From positions 32,001 to 96,000 of the IMG/VR virus record IMGVR_UViG_3300036821_000136: a stretch of 64,000 bases of DNA, one strand, 5' to 3'. The stretch is from a virus (taxonomy: Duplodnaviria > Caudoviricetes). Below are positions 49,559 through 59,976 of this stretch, piece by piece. A program made the position numbers and the translations under genes. Position 1 is the first letter of the stretch. Every line of letters starts with the position of its first letter. Below the pieces are notes generated by a model that ran no database searches, was not told where the DNA came from, and was given only the letters and a program-made list of their open reading frames with translations.

Positions 49559-50743
49559 TCAGTAGTAGGTCGGGGCGTAGCTGAACGAGTCCGACCGTGC
49601 CGTGGTCAGCGTCTGGATACCGGTCGCCGGGTTGAGGGTGATCGCGGTCACCCGGTGCCATATCTGCTGCCCGCCGAGCCAGCCCGTCGCGAACTGCAGC
49701 AGGATGTCATCGCCCACGCTGACCGACCCCAGCGGCGCGTTCGGGTGGTTGGCGATGGTGACCGACGCGGCGCCGCCCATGTTCTGCCGGGCGGCGAGCT
49801 CCCGCGACAGCAGCGGCTTGAGCGCCCCGGCGGCGGTGATGCCCTGGTCCTGGTAGACCCCGAACCGGCGCAGCCGCCCGTCGTCGACCGCGACCTGCCC
49901 CTGGATCGTCGTCGACCCCGACCCGGCGCCCGCCCCCGCGATCCCGTTGGCGTAGGTCGACCCGTCGCGGGTCAGCGGCACCACCGCGGCCATGTTCTCG
50001 TCCTCGACGAACCGCAGGTCGGTCCGGCGGGTCCCGGCGCGGGGCACCGCGAACGACAGCGTGTGGCTGACCTGCTCGCCGCCCGCCGCCCAGGCGTGGC
50101 TCTCGGTCATGTCGGCCGGGATGGTCCCGGCGAGGCGGGTGATCTCCTGGCCCACGTCGGTCAGGTTCCACGGCGCCATCTCCCACGGCTGCGCCGCGAC
50201 CGCCGCGACGGTGCCGTGCGCCGCCACGGCGGGGGTGCCGAGCCGGGCGGCGCTGTGGGTGGCCGCGTCGACGGCCAGGTGCAGGTTGCCGGACGGGAAC
50301 GACTGCAGGTGCGCCCACAGGAACCGGATCCCGTCGAGCGGGTCCATGTTGACCCGCTGCGTGTCGGGGCCGGTGTAGGGCTGCCCGGGCGGGTAGCCGC
50401 GGAACCCGGTCGCCGTCACCGCCCAGGTCGGCCCGTTGAAATCGGAGTGCGTGTGGATGCCGCCCCACCGGATCTGCCCGTCGGCGACCGCGTAGATCAG
50501 GGTCGACCACTCGTCCAGCAGCGGCCGCCCGTCGGCGGCGGCCGCCAGCGCGATCGCCGGGGCGATGTCGGCGGTCAGGGAGTCGGCGGTCAGGTCCCAC
50601 GTCATCGCCACGTTCTCCAGCGGCAGCCCGGCCCGGTCCAGCCACGCGCCGGTGACCGCCCGCTGCGCGTAGTACACCCACGACGACGGCCGCACCAGCC
50701 GCAGATCCGGCACCGCCAGCGGCGCCGCGGCGAGGCTGCTCAT
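49559..50743 (-). CDS. Minor tail protein (baseplate hub-like)
   Basis: Position in the tail operon; IRWGGI, G.G.G and VSVGDDI patterns. Confidence 0.75.
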   Translation of the reverse strand: MSSLAAAPLAVPDLRLVRPSSWVYYAQRAVTGAWLDRAGLPLENVAMTWDLTADSLTADIAPAIALAAAADGRPLLDEWSTLIYAVADGQIRWGGIHTHSDFNGPTWAVTATGFRGYPPGQPYTGPDTQRVNMDPLDGIRFLWAHLQSFPSGNLHLAVDAATHSAARLGTPAVAAHGTVAAVAAQPWEMAPWNLTDVGQEITRLAGTIPADMTESHAWAAGGEQVSHTLSFAVPRAGTRRTDLRFVEDENMAAVVPLTRDGSTYANGIAGAGAGSGSTTIQGQVAVDDGRLRRFGVYQDQGITAAGALKPLLSRELAARQNMGGAASVTIANHPNAPLGSVSVGDDILLQFATGWLGGQQIWHRVTAITLNPATGIQTLTTARSDSFSYAPTYY

Positions 50744-51720
50744 TGGGTCTGCAGCGCCTCTTGCCACTCGATGTCGACGACGTAACCGCTGGACCCGTCC
50801 AGCTGCCAGTAGGCGGTGCCGACCGCGCCGCCCTTGCCCTGGCCCTGCAGCTGGAAGTTCTGCGTCGTGCCCCGCATCGCCGGCGGGATCGACAGCGTGT
50901 CGACGCAGATGCCGGTGTCCCGGTAGGGGTTGGTCGCGGACTGGTAGTTGCTCGAGTCCATGATCATCGTCTGCGACAGCAGCGTGCCGAGCTGGAACCG
51001 GATGTTGGCCCACGGCCCGTTCGTCGACCCCGACACCCACACCGACATGACCTGCGTCCACATGCAGACGACCCGGGCGCTGACCGCCCAGGAGGGCACC
51101 GCGACACTGAACGACGCGGCCGGCGGCCAGGTGACGAACGCCGCCTGGCTGTTCAGCAGCCGCCACGTGCCGACGGGCAGGTTCACCGCGACCAGGGTGC
51201 GGTCGCGGCGGGCGTTCAGCATCGACCGCACGTCGGTGATCATCGCCTGGGTGATGACCGAGGTGGAGGCGGGCACGTCGACGCGGGCCAGCGGGATCGC
51301 GGACATGCCGCCGGGCGGCGCGGTGGTGCCGGCGACGACGCCGGAGATCACGCGGGTGTAGACGATCTGGTCGGTCAGCGGGTTGTGCGACCAGCCACCG
51401 CCGGCGACGGTGGGATCCTCGACCTTCGCCACGATCAGGTCCGAGCGGGCCGCCCCGCCCGTCGCCGCGATGGACACCAGGTCATCGCCCACGTTGTAGC
51501 CGTAGTACGACCCCTGCCAGGCGGCCTCGGCGCCGGCGATGACGCACGCGCCGTTGGACGCCCGCACCTGGCCCGAGGCGGTGGCGGTCTGCTTGACGTA
51601 CAGGTCGGCGGCGCCGACGACGCCCTGCCCGGAGCGGGTCGCGGACTGCAGCTGCAGCCGCCACAGCGACCCGGGCAGCGGGTTCCCGTCGACCGCGTAG
51701 AGGCCCTGCGTCCAGGTCAT
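50740..51720 (-). CDS. Minor tail protein
   Basis: RSDLIVAKVEDP, IPLARVDVPAST..IT..MITDVR. Confidence 0.75.
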   Translation of the reverse strand: MTWTQGLYAVDGNPLPGSLWRLQLQSATRSGQGVVGAADLYVKQTATASGQVRASNGACVIAGAEAAWQGSYYGYNVGDDLVSIAATGGAARSDLIVAKVEDPTVAGGGWSHNPLTDQIVYTRVISGVVAGTTAPPGGMSAIPLARVDVPASTSVITQAMITDVRSMLNARRDRTLVAVNLPVGTWRLLNSQAAFVTWPPAASFSVAVPSWAVSARVVCMWTQVMSVWVSGSTNGPWANIRFQLGTLLSQTMIMDSSNYQSATNPYRDTGICVDTLSIPPAMRGTTQNFQLQGQGKGGAVGTAYWQLDGSSGYVVDIEWQEALQTQ

Positions 51721-51734
51721 CGCGCCCCTTTCCC

Positions 51735-52064
51735 TCAGCCCTCGTCGCCGGGGGCCGGCGGCAGCATGGACAGCCAGGTCAGCGTGTCGGCCGCGGCCGA
51801 GCAGGCGTACAGCACCGGCGCCGGGTGCGACGGGTCGGCGGGCGCCACCGGCGCGCCGAACCCCATCGCGCCGGGGATGAACGTGGGGACGTTCACCGCC
51901 AGCGGGAAGCCGGTCGCGGTGGTCACGTCCGGCCCGCCGACGAACGTGCCGCCGCCGGCGCCGCTCGGGTCGATGACGAGGCAGCCGTGCGGGCCGACCC
52001 GGCAGACCGGCACCGCGCCGCCGCCGGCGGGCAGCGGAACCTGGCCGGTGTAGTAGCGCGCCAT
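51735..52064 (-). CDS. Small tail-region protein
   Basis: Coupled to the Dit-like gene. Confidence 0.55.
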   Translation of the reverse strand: MARYYTGQVPLPAGGGAVPVCRVGPHGCLVIDPSGAGGGTFVGGPDVTTATGFPLAVNVPTFIPGAMGFGAPVAPADPSHPAPVLYACSAAADTLTWLSMLPPAPGDEG

Positions 52065-53449
52065 CAGGTGCTCCCTCCGATCGAGCCGGTGACGGGCCGC
52101 CAGGTGACCGTGAGGCGGGAGGTGCCGGTCGGGTCCTGCCCGGTGAACCGGATCGTGGTGATGCCGGCGGGCAGCGCCAGGTCGCGCAGCAGGTTCCCGC
52201 GGACCGCCCCGGCGAGGCTGGCGCCGTCGTTGCGGAGCACCGACCGCTGCCACGGGCGGGTGTCGACGGTGGCGGTCTGCCCGGCCGCCAGGGTGGTCGC
52301 CAGCTGCAGCCACTTGCCGGCCAGCGGGTAGCTCACCTGCGGGTTGGTGACCGGCCCGGCGAAGGTGAACACCGGCCAGGCGGCCCGCACGCCCGGGTTG
52401 GCGGCCGCGTTGGCGGTGTCGGACGTGCCGCCCAGCACGGTCGGCGGGGTGGCGGGCGGCGCGAAACCGCCGATGTTGTCGATGAACCCGGCGTCGTCGA
52501 CCCACGCCACGTCGCCGGCGGCGGGGGTGCCGGAGTAGACCAGCCGGGGGCTGGCGGTGATCGTGCCCGCCGGCGGCACGCCTGGCGCGGTCAGCGGCGT
52601 CCAGGTGCCCGCCGCCGGGACGACCGCCGGCCCGGCGCTGGCCGAGATCACCGCGCCGCCGGCGTTCAGCCAGGCGATCTGGCAGGACACCGGCACCGAC
52701 AGCGTGCCGGCCGCGTACACCCACAGCCCCATCGTCTCGGCGCGGGTCGTGCTGACCGCGGCGCCGCCGTCGATGCCCATCGCCACGTACACGCCGGCGG
52801 TCCCGCCGGCCGGGGTGACCCGCATCGACCCGGGCGCGGTGTGGCCCTGCGCGCCGTCCCACGCCGTCGAGCAGTTCACCGGGGCCCAGTTGGCAACGCC
52901 TGTGTCGAACGTCTGGTTGAGGCAGCGGTTGCGCAGCAGCACCACCCCGGCGATATCGGAGGGGACCAGGGTCAGGATCACCGTCGAGTCGCCGTCGGCG
53001 TAGAAGTACGGGCTGGCGCAGTCGAAATCCGCGGTCCAGCCGATCAGCCCCTGCCGGACCTGCCCGAGGACCGGGGCGATCTTGCGGCCGCGGCCGAACA
53101 CGGCGCGGGTGCCGGGGCTGCCGGGGTAGCGGAGCCGCAGCGTGGAGTAGGCGCCGGGCACCGCGCGGACCTGCTCGTTCAGCCAGGCGGCGGCCAGCTG
53201 CTCGTAGGTGTCGAGCGCCAGGCCGGCCTGCCCGTTCCCGGCGGTGATGATCCCGGTCAGGCTGATCGTCATGGCGCCGAGGGTGTCAGCGCCCATCCGC
53301 AGCCCGTCGCCCTGCACGACCGGGGTGTCCTGGGCGGCGATGCCGGCGGACTGGTCGAACGCGGTCTGCTGGACCCTGATCAGGGTGCCGTTGCCGATCA
53401 GCAGCGCGCCGTCGAGCTCGTACTGCCCGTCCGCCAGCACCGTCGCCAC
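52064..53449 (-). CDS. Distal tail (Dit-like) protein with inserted carbohydrate-binding-like domain
   Basis: Immediately after the tape measure gene; FGRGR, F.C.SPYFY and WP...F.GP.TNP flank an NQTFD..W...VDD insert. Confidence 0.75.
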   Translation of the reverse strand: MATVLADGQYELDGALLIGNGTLIRVQQTAFDQSAGIAAQDTPVVQGDGLRMGADTLGAMTISLTGIITAGNGQAGLALDTYEQLAAAWLNEQVRAVPGAYSTLRLRYPGSPGTRAVFGRGRKIAPVLGQVRQGLIGWTADFDCASPYFYADGDSTVILTLVPSDIAGVVLLRNRCLNQTFDTGVANWAPVNCSTAWDGAQGHTAPGSMRVTPAGGTAGVYVAMGIDGGAAVSTTRAETMGLWVYAAGTLSVPVSCQIAWLNAGGAVISASAGPAVVPAAGTWTPLTAPGVPPAGTITASPRLVYSGTPAAGDVAWVDDAGFIDNIGGFAPPATPPTVLGGTSDTANAAANPGVRAAWPVFTFAGPVTNPQVSYPLAGKWLQLATTLAAGQTATVDTRPWQRSVLRNDGASLAGAVRGNLLRDLALPAGITTIRFTGQDPTGTSRLTVTWRPVTGSIGGST

Positions 53450-53459
53450 GCCTGCCTCC

Positions 53460-56400
53460 TCACGGGCGGGAGAACGCGCCCATCCTGGCCTTCCGCAGCG
53501 TGAACGCCAGCTCCCGCATGGCGGCGGCCGCGTCGCCGGTGCCGTAGTAGTTGGTGTGGTAGGAGCCGATCAGCGGCGCCTGCCCGCCGCCGTCGCCGCT
53601 GCCGGGCCGGTCCGGGACGACCCACTCGGTGCCGGACTCGCCGAACCGGTACAGCTTGCCGCTCAGCGCGCCGATCCCGCTGACCGGCTCGCTGACCGGC
53701 CCGCCGTTGGCATAGCCGTAGTAGGTGCCGCTGGTCAGCCCGGAGATCGCCGACGGGCTGCGGTAGATCGCGGCGATGTAGCGGGCCGCGGAAGCCAGGT
53801 TGTCGACCGGGTTCCAGATGTCGCCGTGCCCGGCCAGCGCGTACTGCAGGAACGTGGCGGGGAGCATCTGCGCGACGCCCTCGGCGTGCTGGCCCAGCAC
53901 CGAGATCGGGTTCTCCGCGCGGGCGTTGCCGCCGGACTCCTTGCCGACCAGGATGCCCATCAGGCTCGCCCAGGAGGCCGGTTCCCCGGCCAGCGCGAGT
54001 GCGGTGCTGATCCACTGCCCGACCGTGCCGCTGACGGCGCCGCCGAACCCGCTGGGCGGGGTGCCGGTCCACAGCAGCGGCATGTCGTTGATGCCCATCA
54101 GCTGCGGGCCCATCCCGCCGCCCTGGCTGATGACCATCGCCGCGTTCTTGACGATCGCCACGTGCCCGGGGTCGGGGCCGCCGGCCGGGCTGTGGTAGAA
54201 CGCCAGCCCGCCGGTCTCCGGCGCGCCGCGCTTGACCCACGCGCCCTGCGCCTCGCTGGTGCGCGGCGCGTGGATCCCGAAGTGGTTGTAAATCGCCTGC
54301 GTGAACCCCGAGCAGTCGCAGCCGCTCAGCGACGTGCCCCCCCAGGTGTACGGGATTTTCCCGATGAACGTGGCGGCATAGTTGGCGATGTCGGCGCCCG
54401 ACCCGCTGCCCCCCGACCGGCCCATGATCCAGTCGATCAGCTTGCCGATCAGCTCCTTGGGGATCTGCAGCAGGATCTGGTCGAGCAGCTTGCCCTTCTC
54501 GGCGCCGCCGCTGCCCATGTGGGTGAAGTCGGCGAACGCGTTGACGAACGCCGTCCGGTTCCCGGTGGCGAACGCGGCGGTGAGCTTGGCGACGTCCAGC
54601 GCCTTGTCGACCACGCCGGTGACGGTGTGCGCGACCGCCCCGGCCGCGCTGGTCGCGGCGTGGGCGACGCTGCTGGCGGCGTGGGCGGCCAGGTGCGTGA
54701 TCCCGCTGAACAGGCCGCCGCCGCCGCCGGGGTTCGGCGGGGCCTGGCCGGTGCGGTGCGGCACCCCGCCGCCCTGGTAGCCGGGCACCCCGACCGCGGC
54801 GAACGCGCCGGCCAGCACCCGGGAGTGGTCGGCGCTCACGATGGTCTCGTCGCGGGAGACCCGCACCAGCACGTCGTCGGCCGTCGGCGTCGTGCCGGCC
54901 GTGATCCGGCCGCCGCCGGCGAACCCGGCGCTGATCTTCTTGATCGGCGACCCCAGCCCGACGTGGGAGGTGATCCAGTCGAACGCGCCGATCAGCCCGT
55001 CCAGCACGGTGTTGATCACCCACCGCACCGGCGAGGCGACGGTGTTCTGCAGGTTGTTCCACCAGCGGCCGATGGCCGCCACCGAGGTCTGGAAGACGGC
55101 GGGCAGCGTGCGGGTGAAGAAGTTGGCGACGTCGGTGCCGAACACCTGGTGGATCCAGTTGAGCAAGCCCTGCAGCCCGCTGGTGAACGGCTGCCACAGC
55201 CGGGAGCGGGCCAGCCCGATCGCCCGGTCCCACACTCCCGGCAGCGTGCGGGTGAAGAACCCCAGCACGTCGGTGTAGAACACCTGGTGGATCCAGGCCA
55301 GCTCGGCGCGCCACCCGGCCCGCCACCGGTTCCACAGCCGGGTCACGGTCGCCGCCCAGAACCGGTCCCAGATCGCGGGGACGGTCTTGGTGAAGAAGTT
55401 GGCCAGGTCGGTGCCGAATATCTGGTGGAACCAGCCGAGCAGCGCCGCCGCGCCGGCCCGGATGGTGGCCCAGTGCTTGGCGATCAGCACCACGGCCAGG
55501 CCGACCGGGCCGGTCAGGATGCCGAGCACCAGCGGCCAGTTGGCCCGCAGCCAGTTGTAGGTCGCCTGGTAGGCGGCGTCGAGCGCGTGCCAGGTCGCCA
55601 TCCACGCCGACGCGATCCACGCCGCCGCGGCCCGCAGCACGTCCCACATGTCGTGCACCACGTCGCGGAACGCCTTGCTGTGCTGGTAGGCGTAGATCAG
55701 CCCGATGACCAGCGCGGCGATCGCCGCGATGATCAGCCCGATCGGGTTGGCGTCCAGCTCGAGGTTGAGCGCCGCCTGCGCGAACTTCCACGCATCGGTG
55801 GCCAGCTTGGCGACCTTGACGTAGGCGGTGTACACCAGCAGCCCGCCGCCGATCGCCAGGATCGCCCAGCGCAGCAGGTCGGCGGCCTTGCTCCCGCCGG
55901 TGAACCAGCCGATCACCGCCGCCAGCGGCCCGACCATCTTGGCCAGCAGCCCGATCAGCCCGTTGAACGCGGGCAGCAGCTTCTGCCCGACCTCCTCCTC
56001 CAGGCTGTGCAGGGTGACCTGGAGCCGCGCCATCGGGGTCGCCGCGGCGGCCGCGGTGCCGCCGTAGGACTTGCCGAGCGCGTCGAGGATGACCTTCTGC
56101 GCCTTCAGCGTGTCACCGCTCTTGGTGAACGCTTTGACCTGGTCCTGCTGCTGGGCGGTCAGCACGACGCCGAACCGGCGCAGCGCCGTCATCCCCTTGG
56201 CCGGGTCGTCGAGGGCCTTGCCTAGCGCCTTGGTGGTCTGCGACAGCGACCCCGCCGAGACGACCCCGCCGTGCATCGCGGCGGTCAGGTCGATGGCGGC
56301 CTGGCTGGCCCGGTTGAAAACGTCGTTGCCCTTGCCGACCTCGTTGCGCACGTCGGTGAACCGCAGCAGCATCGTCGACGCCTGCTCGATCGACAGCTTG

Positions 56401-56951
56401 TCGACGGCGTTGCGGCTGGACTCGCTGGCCGCCAGCTTGTCGATATCGTCGGCGCTGACCCGCGCCGCGCCGCCGGTCGACCGGATCGCCTGCTCAACGA
56501 TCTTCGCGGTCCGCTCGGCGGTCTCGCCGCCCTCGATCAGCCCCTTGAACAGCTCGACGGCGCCGCCGGCGGCCAGCGCGCCGAACAGCATCCCCTTCAG
56601 CGACCCGATCGCCTCGCCGGCGGTGTCGCGGAACCCCTCGGAGTATTCCCTGCCGCCCTTCTCCCCGGCGGCCTTGGCCTCGGCGCCGGCCTTGGCGGCG
56701 ATGCCCTCGCCGAGCGCCTTGCCGGCCTTCTCGCCCTCGGCCTTGGCCTCGGTGGTGGATACCAGCTTCCCGGCGACGGTCTTGGCGCGGGTCTCGGCCT
56801 CCTTGGCGAACCCGCCGCTGAACTGCGTGCCGGCGGCCTTCCCGGCGTCCGCGCTGGCCCGGCCGGACACCGCCTCCCGCATCGCCTTCTCGGCGGCGGG
56901 CTTGTCGATGCGCAGCTGCAGGGTGGCGAACAGCTCGGCGAAGCCGGCCAC
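53460..56951 (-). CDS. Tape measure protein with NlpC/P60 and lytic transglycosylase domains
   Basis: 1163 aa Ala/Gly-rich helical repeats, ANPIGL, PYTWGG..DCSG..H, and ESGGN..G..Q..TF..NPVDN. Confidence 0.92.
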   Translation of the reverse strand: MAGFAELFATLQLRIDKPAAEKAMREAVSGRASADAGKAAGTQFSGGFAKEAETRAKTVAGKLVSTTEAKAEGEKAGKALGEGIAAKAGAEAKAAGEKGGREYSEGFRDTAGEAIGSLKGMLFGALAAGGAVELFKGLIEGGETAERTAKIVEQAIRSTGGAARVSADDIDKLAASESSRNAVDKLSIEQASTMLLRFTDVRNEVGKGNDVFNRASQAAIDLTAAMHGGVVSAGSLSQTTKALGKALDDPAKGMTALRRFGVVLTAQQQDQVKAFTKSGDTLKAQKVILDALGKSYGGTAAAAATPMARLQVTLHSLEEEVGQKLLPAFNGLIGLLAKMVGPLAAVIGWFTGGSKAADLLRWAILAIGGGLLVYTAYVKVAKLATDAWKFAQAALNLELDANPIGLIIAAIAALVIGLIYAYQHSKAFRDVVHDMWDVLRAAAAWIASAWMATWHALDAAYQATYNWLRANWPLVLGILTGPVGLAVVLIAKHWATIRAGAAALLGWFHQIFGTDLANFFTKTVPAIWDRFWAATVTRLWNRWRAGWRAELAWIHQVFYTDVLGFFTRTLPGVWDRAIGLARSRLWQPFTSGLQGLLNWIHQVFGTDVANFFTRTLPAVFQTSVAAIGRWWNNLQNTVASPVRWVINTVLDGLIGAFDWITSHVGLGSPIKKISAGFAGGGRITAGTTPTADDVLVRVSRDETIVSADHSRVLAGAFAAVGVPGYQGGGVPHRTGQAPPNPGGGGGLFSGITHLAAHAASSVAHAATSAAGAVAHTVTGVVDKALDVAKLTAAFATGNRTAFVNAFADFTHMGSGGAEKGKLLDQILLQIPKELIGKLIDWIMGRSGGSGSGADIANYAATFIGKIPYTWGGTSLSGCDCSGFTQAIYNHFGIHAPRTSEAQGAWVKRGAPETGGLAFYHSPAGGPDPGHVAIVKNAAMVISQGGGMGPQLMGINDMPLLWTGTPPSGFGGAVSGTVGQWISTALALAGEPASWASLMGILVGKESGGNARAENPISVLGQHAEGVAQMLPATFLQYALAGHGDIWNPVDNLASAARYIAAIYRSPSAISGLTSGTYYGYANGGPVSEPVSGIGALSGKLYRFGESGTEWVVPDRPGSGDGGGQAPLIGSYHTNYYGTGDAAAAMRELAFTLRKARMGAFSRP

Positions 56952-57194
56952 GCGCGCCCCCTAACCCTTGGTCGCCGCCCGCCGCGGCGATGAACGCGGC
57001 GACCTGCGCGGCGCGCGCCGCCGGGTCAGCGGCCCGCGCCGGCTCGGTCTCCTCCTCCAGCACGTCGGCCGGGTCGTCCCAGTCGGCGGCGCCCTCCCAG
57101 CCCAGCCGGCCCGCGATCACCGTCAGCAGCCGCAGCTCGGCCCGGGCGCGGGCCTCGTCGGTCCAGATCGCCTCGACCGCGTCCAGCCAGGCCG

Positions 57195-57857
57195 CTAGCC
57201 GGCCGGGTCCGCGTCCTCGATCACCGGCGGCCGCTCCGGGTGGGCGAAGCTCAGGGTCACGTTCCGCGGCCGCGGATCCGGCGGCGGCTCCGTTCCCGGC
57301 GGCGGCGGAGCCGCGAACGACACGTCGCCGAGCTGTGCCAGCAGCGCCAGGTCCTCGGCCGGCGGCCAGTCGGGCACCGCCGCCTGGTCCTGGTCCGCCT
57401 GGTCCGGCGCCGGGGCCGGGTCCGGGACCGGGGCGGGCGCCGCCGCCAAAGCCGGCGAGGGCGAGCCGGCCGGCGCAGTACCGGGAGCTGGCGGCCCAGC
57501 CGGCGAAGGCGATGGCGCTGTGGTAGGGCGGTTGCTGGAGTCCTCGATGACGTCGAACAGGATCTGCTGCACCACGTCGTCGGGGGTGTTGTGCGCCCGC
57601 CGGTGGGCGGTGAGCTGCCGGTAGGTCGCGTCGCCGAGGATGGTGCGCAGGAAGTCGGACAAGATCCGCAGCACGCTGGGATCGGTCGTCTCCGACGCGG
57701 TGCCGGCGTCGGCGATCGGCCCGGCGAACTCGGCCAGGTCGAACGCGGAGATCCGGCCGTGGCAGGTGAACGTCACCCCGTCCAGCTCGAACTCGATGCC
57801 GTCGGTGGACTGCGCGTCGTCCGGCGACGCGGAGGAATATTGGCGCTTGGGGGGCAT
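57195..57857 (-). CDS. Tail assembly chaperone (with probable -1 frameshift extension)
   Basis: Between major tail and tape measure genes; IEFELDGVTF; codon bias switches frame after NRPT (~57525). Confidence 0.75.
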   Translation of the reverse strand: MPPKRQYSSASPDDAQSTDGIEFELDGVTFTCHGRISAFDLAEFAGPIADAGTASETTDPSVLRILSDFLRTILGDATYRQLTAHRRAHNTPDDVVQQILFDVIEDSSNRPTTAPSPSPAGPPAPGTAPAGSPSPALAAAPAPVPDPAPAPDQADQDQAAVPDWPPAEDLALLAQLGDVSFAAPPPPGTEPPPDPRPRNVTLSFAHPERPPVIEDADPAG

Positions 57858-58297
57858 GGGCGCGGTTCCTTTCCCCAGGTGTGGATAACGGTGTGGACGT
57901 GCGCTCGGGGCGCTCCGGCCAGGTGCGCGGCGGCACCAGCTGCCACCGCCAGATCCGCCGCGGCGGCCGGTAGTCCGGGCACAGGCAGTGCGAGCAGTCG
58001 GTCCGGTCCCGGTAGTGCTGGTGCGCGGCGTGAAGGTGCCCGCACCGGCAGTCCGGCCTGCTCTTCCCGGCCGCCGACGGCAGTCCCGCCGCCGACACCG
58101 TCCGCCTGGCCGTCACCGGTAGCCGTCGCGCAGCCGGGGCGGCAGCGCCGCCGCCGCGCGGGCCTGGACCCGGGCGAACAGCTCCAGCGGCCACCACCAC
58201 GGCGGGAACTCGCGGGTCGGGATCGGCGCCCGCCCGTCGGCGGCGGGCACCCGGTGCCCGGTCAGCATCGACCGCGGCGGCGGCTGCCAGGCCGTCA

Positions 58298-58855
58298 TCA
58301 GGACCGCTGCGGGGTCGCCAGCATGGCCTTGAACAGCCGCGCGCCGGTGGCCGGCTTCTCCAGGCTGAACGTCGTCGCGATCGTCGCGTTGGCGTTGCCC
58401 TTCTGCCGGACGATCTTCATCGTGCCGGACTGGAAGCACTGCCGCCACAGCCACCGCTCGGTGTGGTCCTCGGACTCGAACCCGATCATGGTGCGGACCT
58501 CGGTGCCCAGGTCGGGCGGCTCGATCGTGACGGTGCCGGTGCCGGTGGTGATCACCCCGCCGTTCATCGCCAGTTTCAGGTTCGTGGCGGTCAGCTGGGA
58601 CAGGTTGAAGATCACCGACGACGTGCGGCCGGTGGTGGCGATCTGCACCGGGTCGAGCTCCTCGGCGACCGTCACGTCGCCGGTCGCCAGCGCGTAGTCG
58701 AACTCGCTGCCGGTCTCGGTGTAGCCCAGCGCCAGCCAGGCCGCCGAGACGGTCAGCCAGGGCGTTGTCAGGTCGGCGAACTCGGGGGTGCCGATCGGGG
58801 CCGCGTACAGGTAGCCGGGGCCCAGCGCTAGTGCCTGGGGGTTGCCGCGTGCCAT
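58298..58855 (-). CDS. Major tail protein
   Basis: LGPGYLYAAP.GT..W..LGYTE.G..F, VAEELDPV. Confidence 0.8.
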   Translation of the reverse strand: MARGNPQALALGPGYLYAAPIGTPEFADLTTPWLTVSAAWLALGYTETGSEFDYALATGDVTVAEELDPVQIATTGRTSSVIFNLSQLTATNLKLAMNGGVITTGTGTVTIEPPDLGTEVRTMIGFESEDHTERWLWRQCFQSGTMKIVRQKGNANATIATTFSLEKPATGARLFKAMLATPQRS

Positions 58856-58942
58856 AGCTCACTCCTCACGTGCGCGCCGGGCCGGCGCGGCGGTGTTCAT
58901 TTGCGGGGGGTGAGGCCGGCGCGGTGGCCCCAGAAGGTGGTG

Positions 58943-59714
58943 TCAGGTGCCGCCGCCGGCTCCTTCGCCGGTGCCGGTGGCTCCCTCGCCGGTGCCGACG
59001 CCGCCGCCGGCGCCGGGGGTCGCGGCGGGGCCGGACGGCGGTGCAGCCGGGGCGGGCCCGCCGGGCGCGTCCTGATCGGGCTGATCGGGGGCGGGCGGCT
59101 CAGGCGGGGACAGCTGGCCGGCGAACTGGTCAGGCACGCGGACCTTGCCCTGCCAGCCGTTCGGCTCGACCACGTCCGGCACCACCCGGTCCCCGGCCCG
59201 GTAGGCGAGCTGCGGCACGGCGCCGGACTCCGGGTTCCACACGTACAGGTCGTCGGTCGCCTCGTAGTAGGGCGGCTCGATGGAATCCGGCGGCGGCGGC
59301 GGCGGCTCGGTGGCGGCCGCGGTGGCGGGCCGGCTGCGTGGCGGCATCGGGTCCTCCTCAGTTCTGCGCGATGGAAAGCGCCTTGACCGTGACCGACGCG
59401 GTCGCGCTGTAGGACAGGTTGACCAGCCCGTTCTGGTCGCCGAACGGGGAGGCCGGGAACGGCCCGTAGATCATGTCGCCGGTGGTCGCGGCGACCGGCG
59501 GGGTCAGCGCGATCGGCGCGATGGTGGTGCCGAGCGGGCCGCTGCCGGCGGCGGGGGTGACCGTGACGGTGACCGCGGCGCCGCTGGCGTTCTTGACGTG
59601 CAGGTAGGTGGCGACCGACGCGGGCAGCGTGTCGCCGTTGGTCGCGGGCACCATGCCGGCGCTGATGTCGGTGCCGGCCAGCCGGGCGACTGGCGTCGGG
59701 GTCAGGGCGGTCAT
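58943..59714 (-). CDS. Two virion-region genes (59358-59714, 58943-59347)
   Basis: GAGG RBSs; the first is beta-rich (LHVKNASG..VTV..YGPF). Confidence 0.6.
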
Positions 59715-59976
59715 GGCGCTCCCTCGTGGTTGAATAGCCCCCGGGTAGCCGGCCACCGGGCCGGCGGTCTGGTGCGTCCGCCAGTGCCGGGGCCTGTCGG
59801 CGGCGGGCGGATAACGAGTGACGGGCAGCCCGGGCCAGCAGGCGGGGCGCCGGGCCGCCCGCCGAAGTGCCCGGCGCGCCGAAGTGCGGCCGCACTTGGC
59901 GTTGCCTAGCTGGGGTCGGCCGCCAGGCCGGGGAAGGTGACGGGCGCGGAGGCTAGATCGGGCGCCGGCTGCCCCC

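Noticed and set aside
53460-54400. Peptidoglycan hydrolase domains on the tape measure protein as a novelty
   Set aside because: NlpC/P60 and transglycosylase domains are well known in actinophage tape measure proteins.
53208-56225. 1005-aa plus-strand ORF and many other long antisense or alternate-frame ORFs
   Set aside because: These are shadow ORFs of real genes caused by high GC3; they have no RBS or recognisable motifs.
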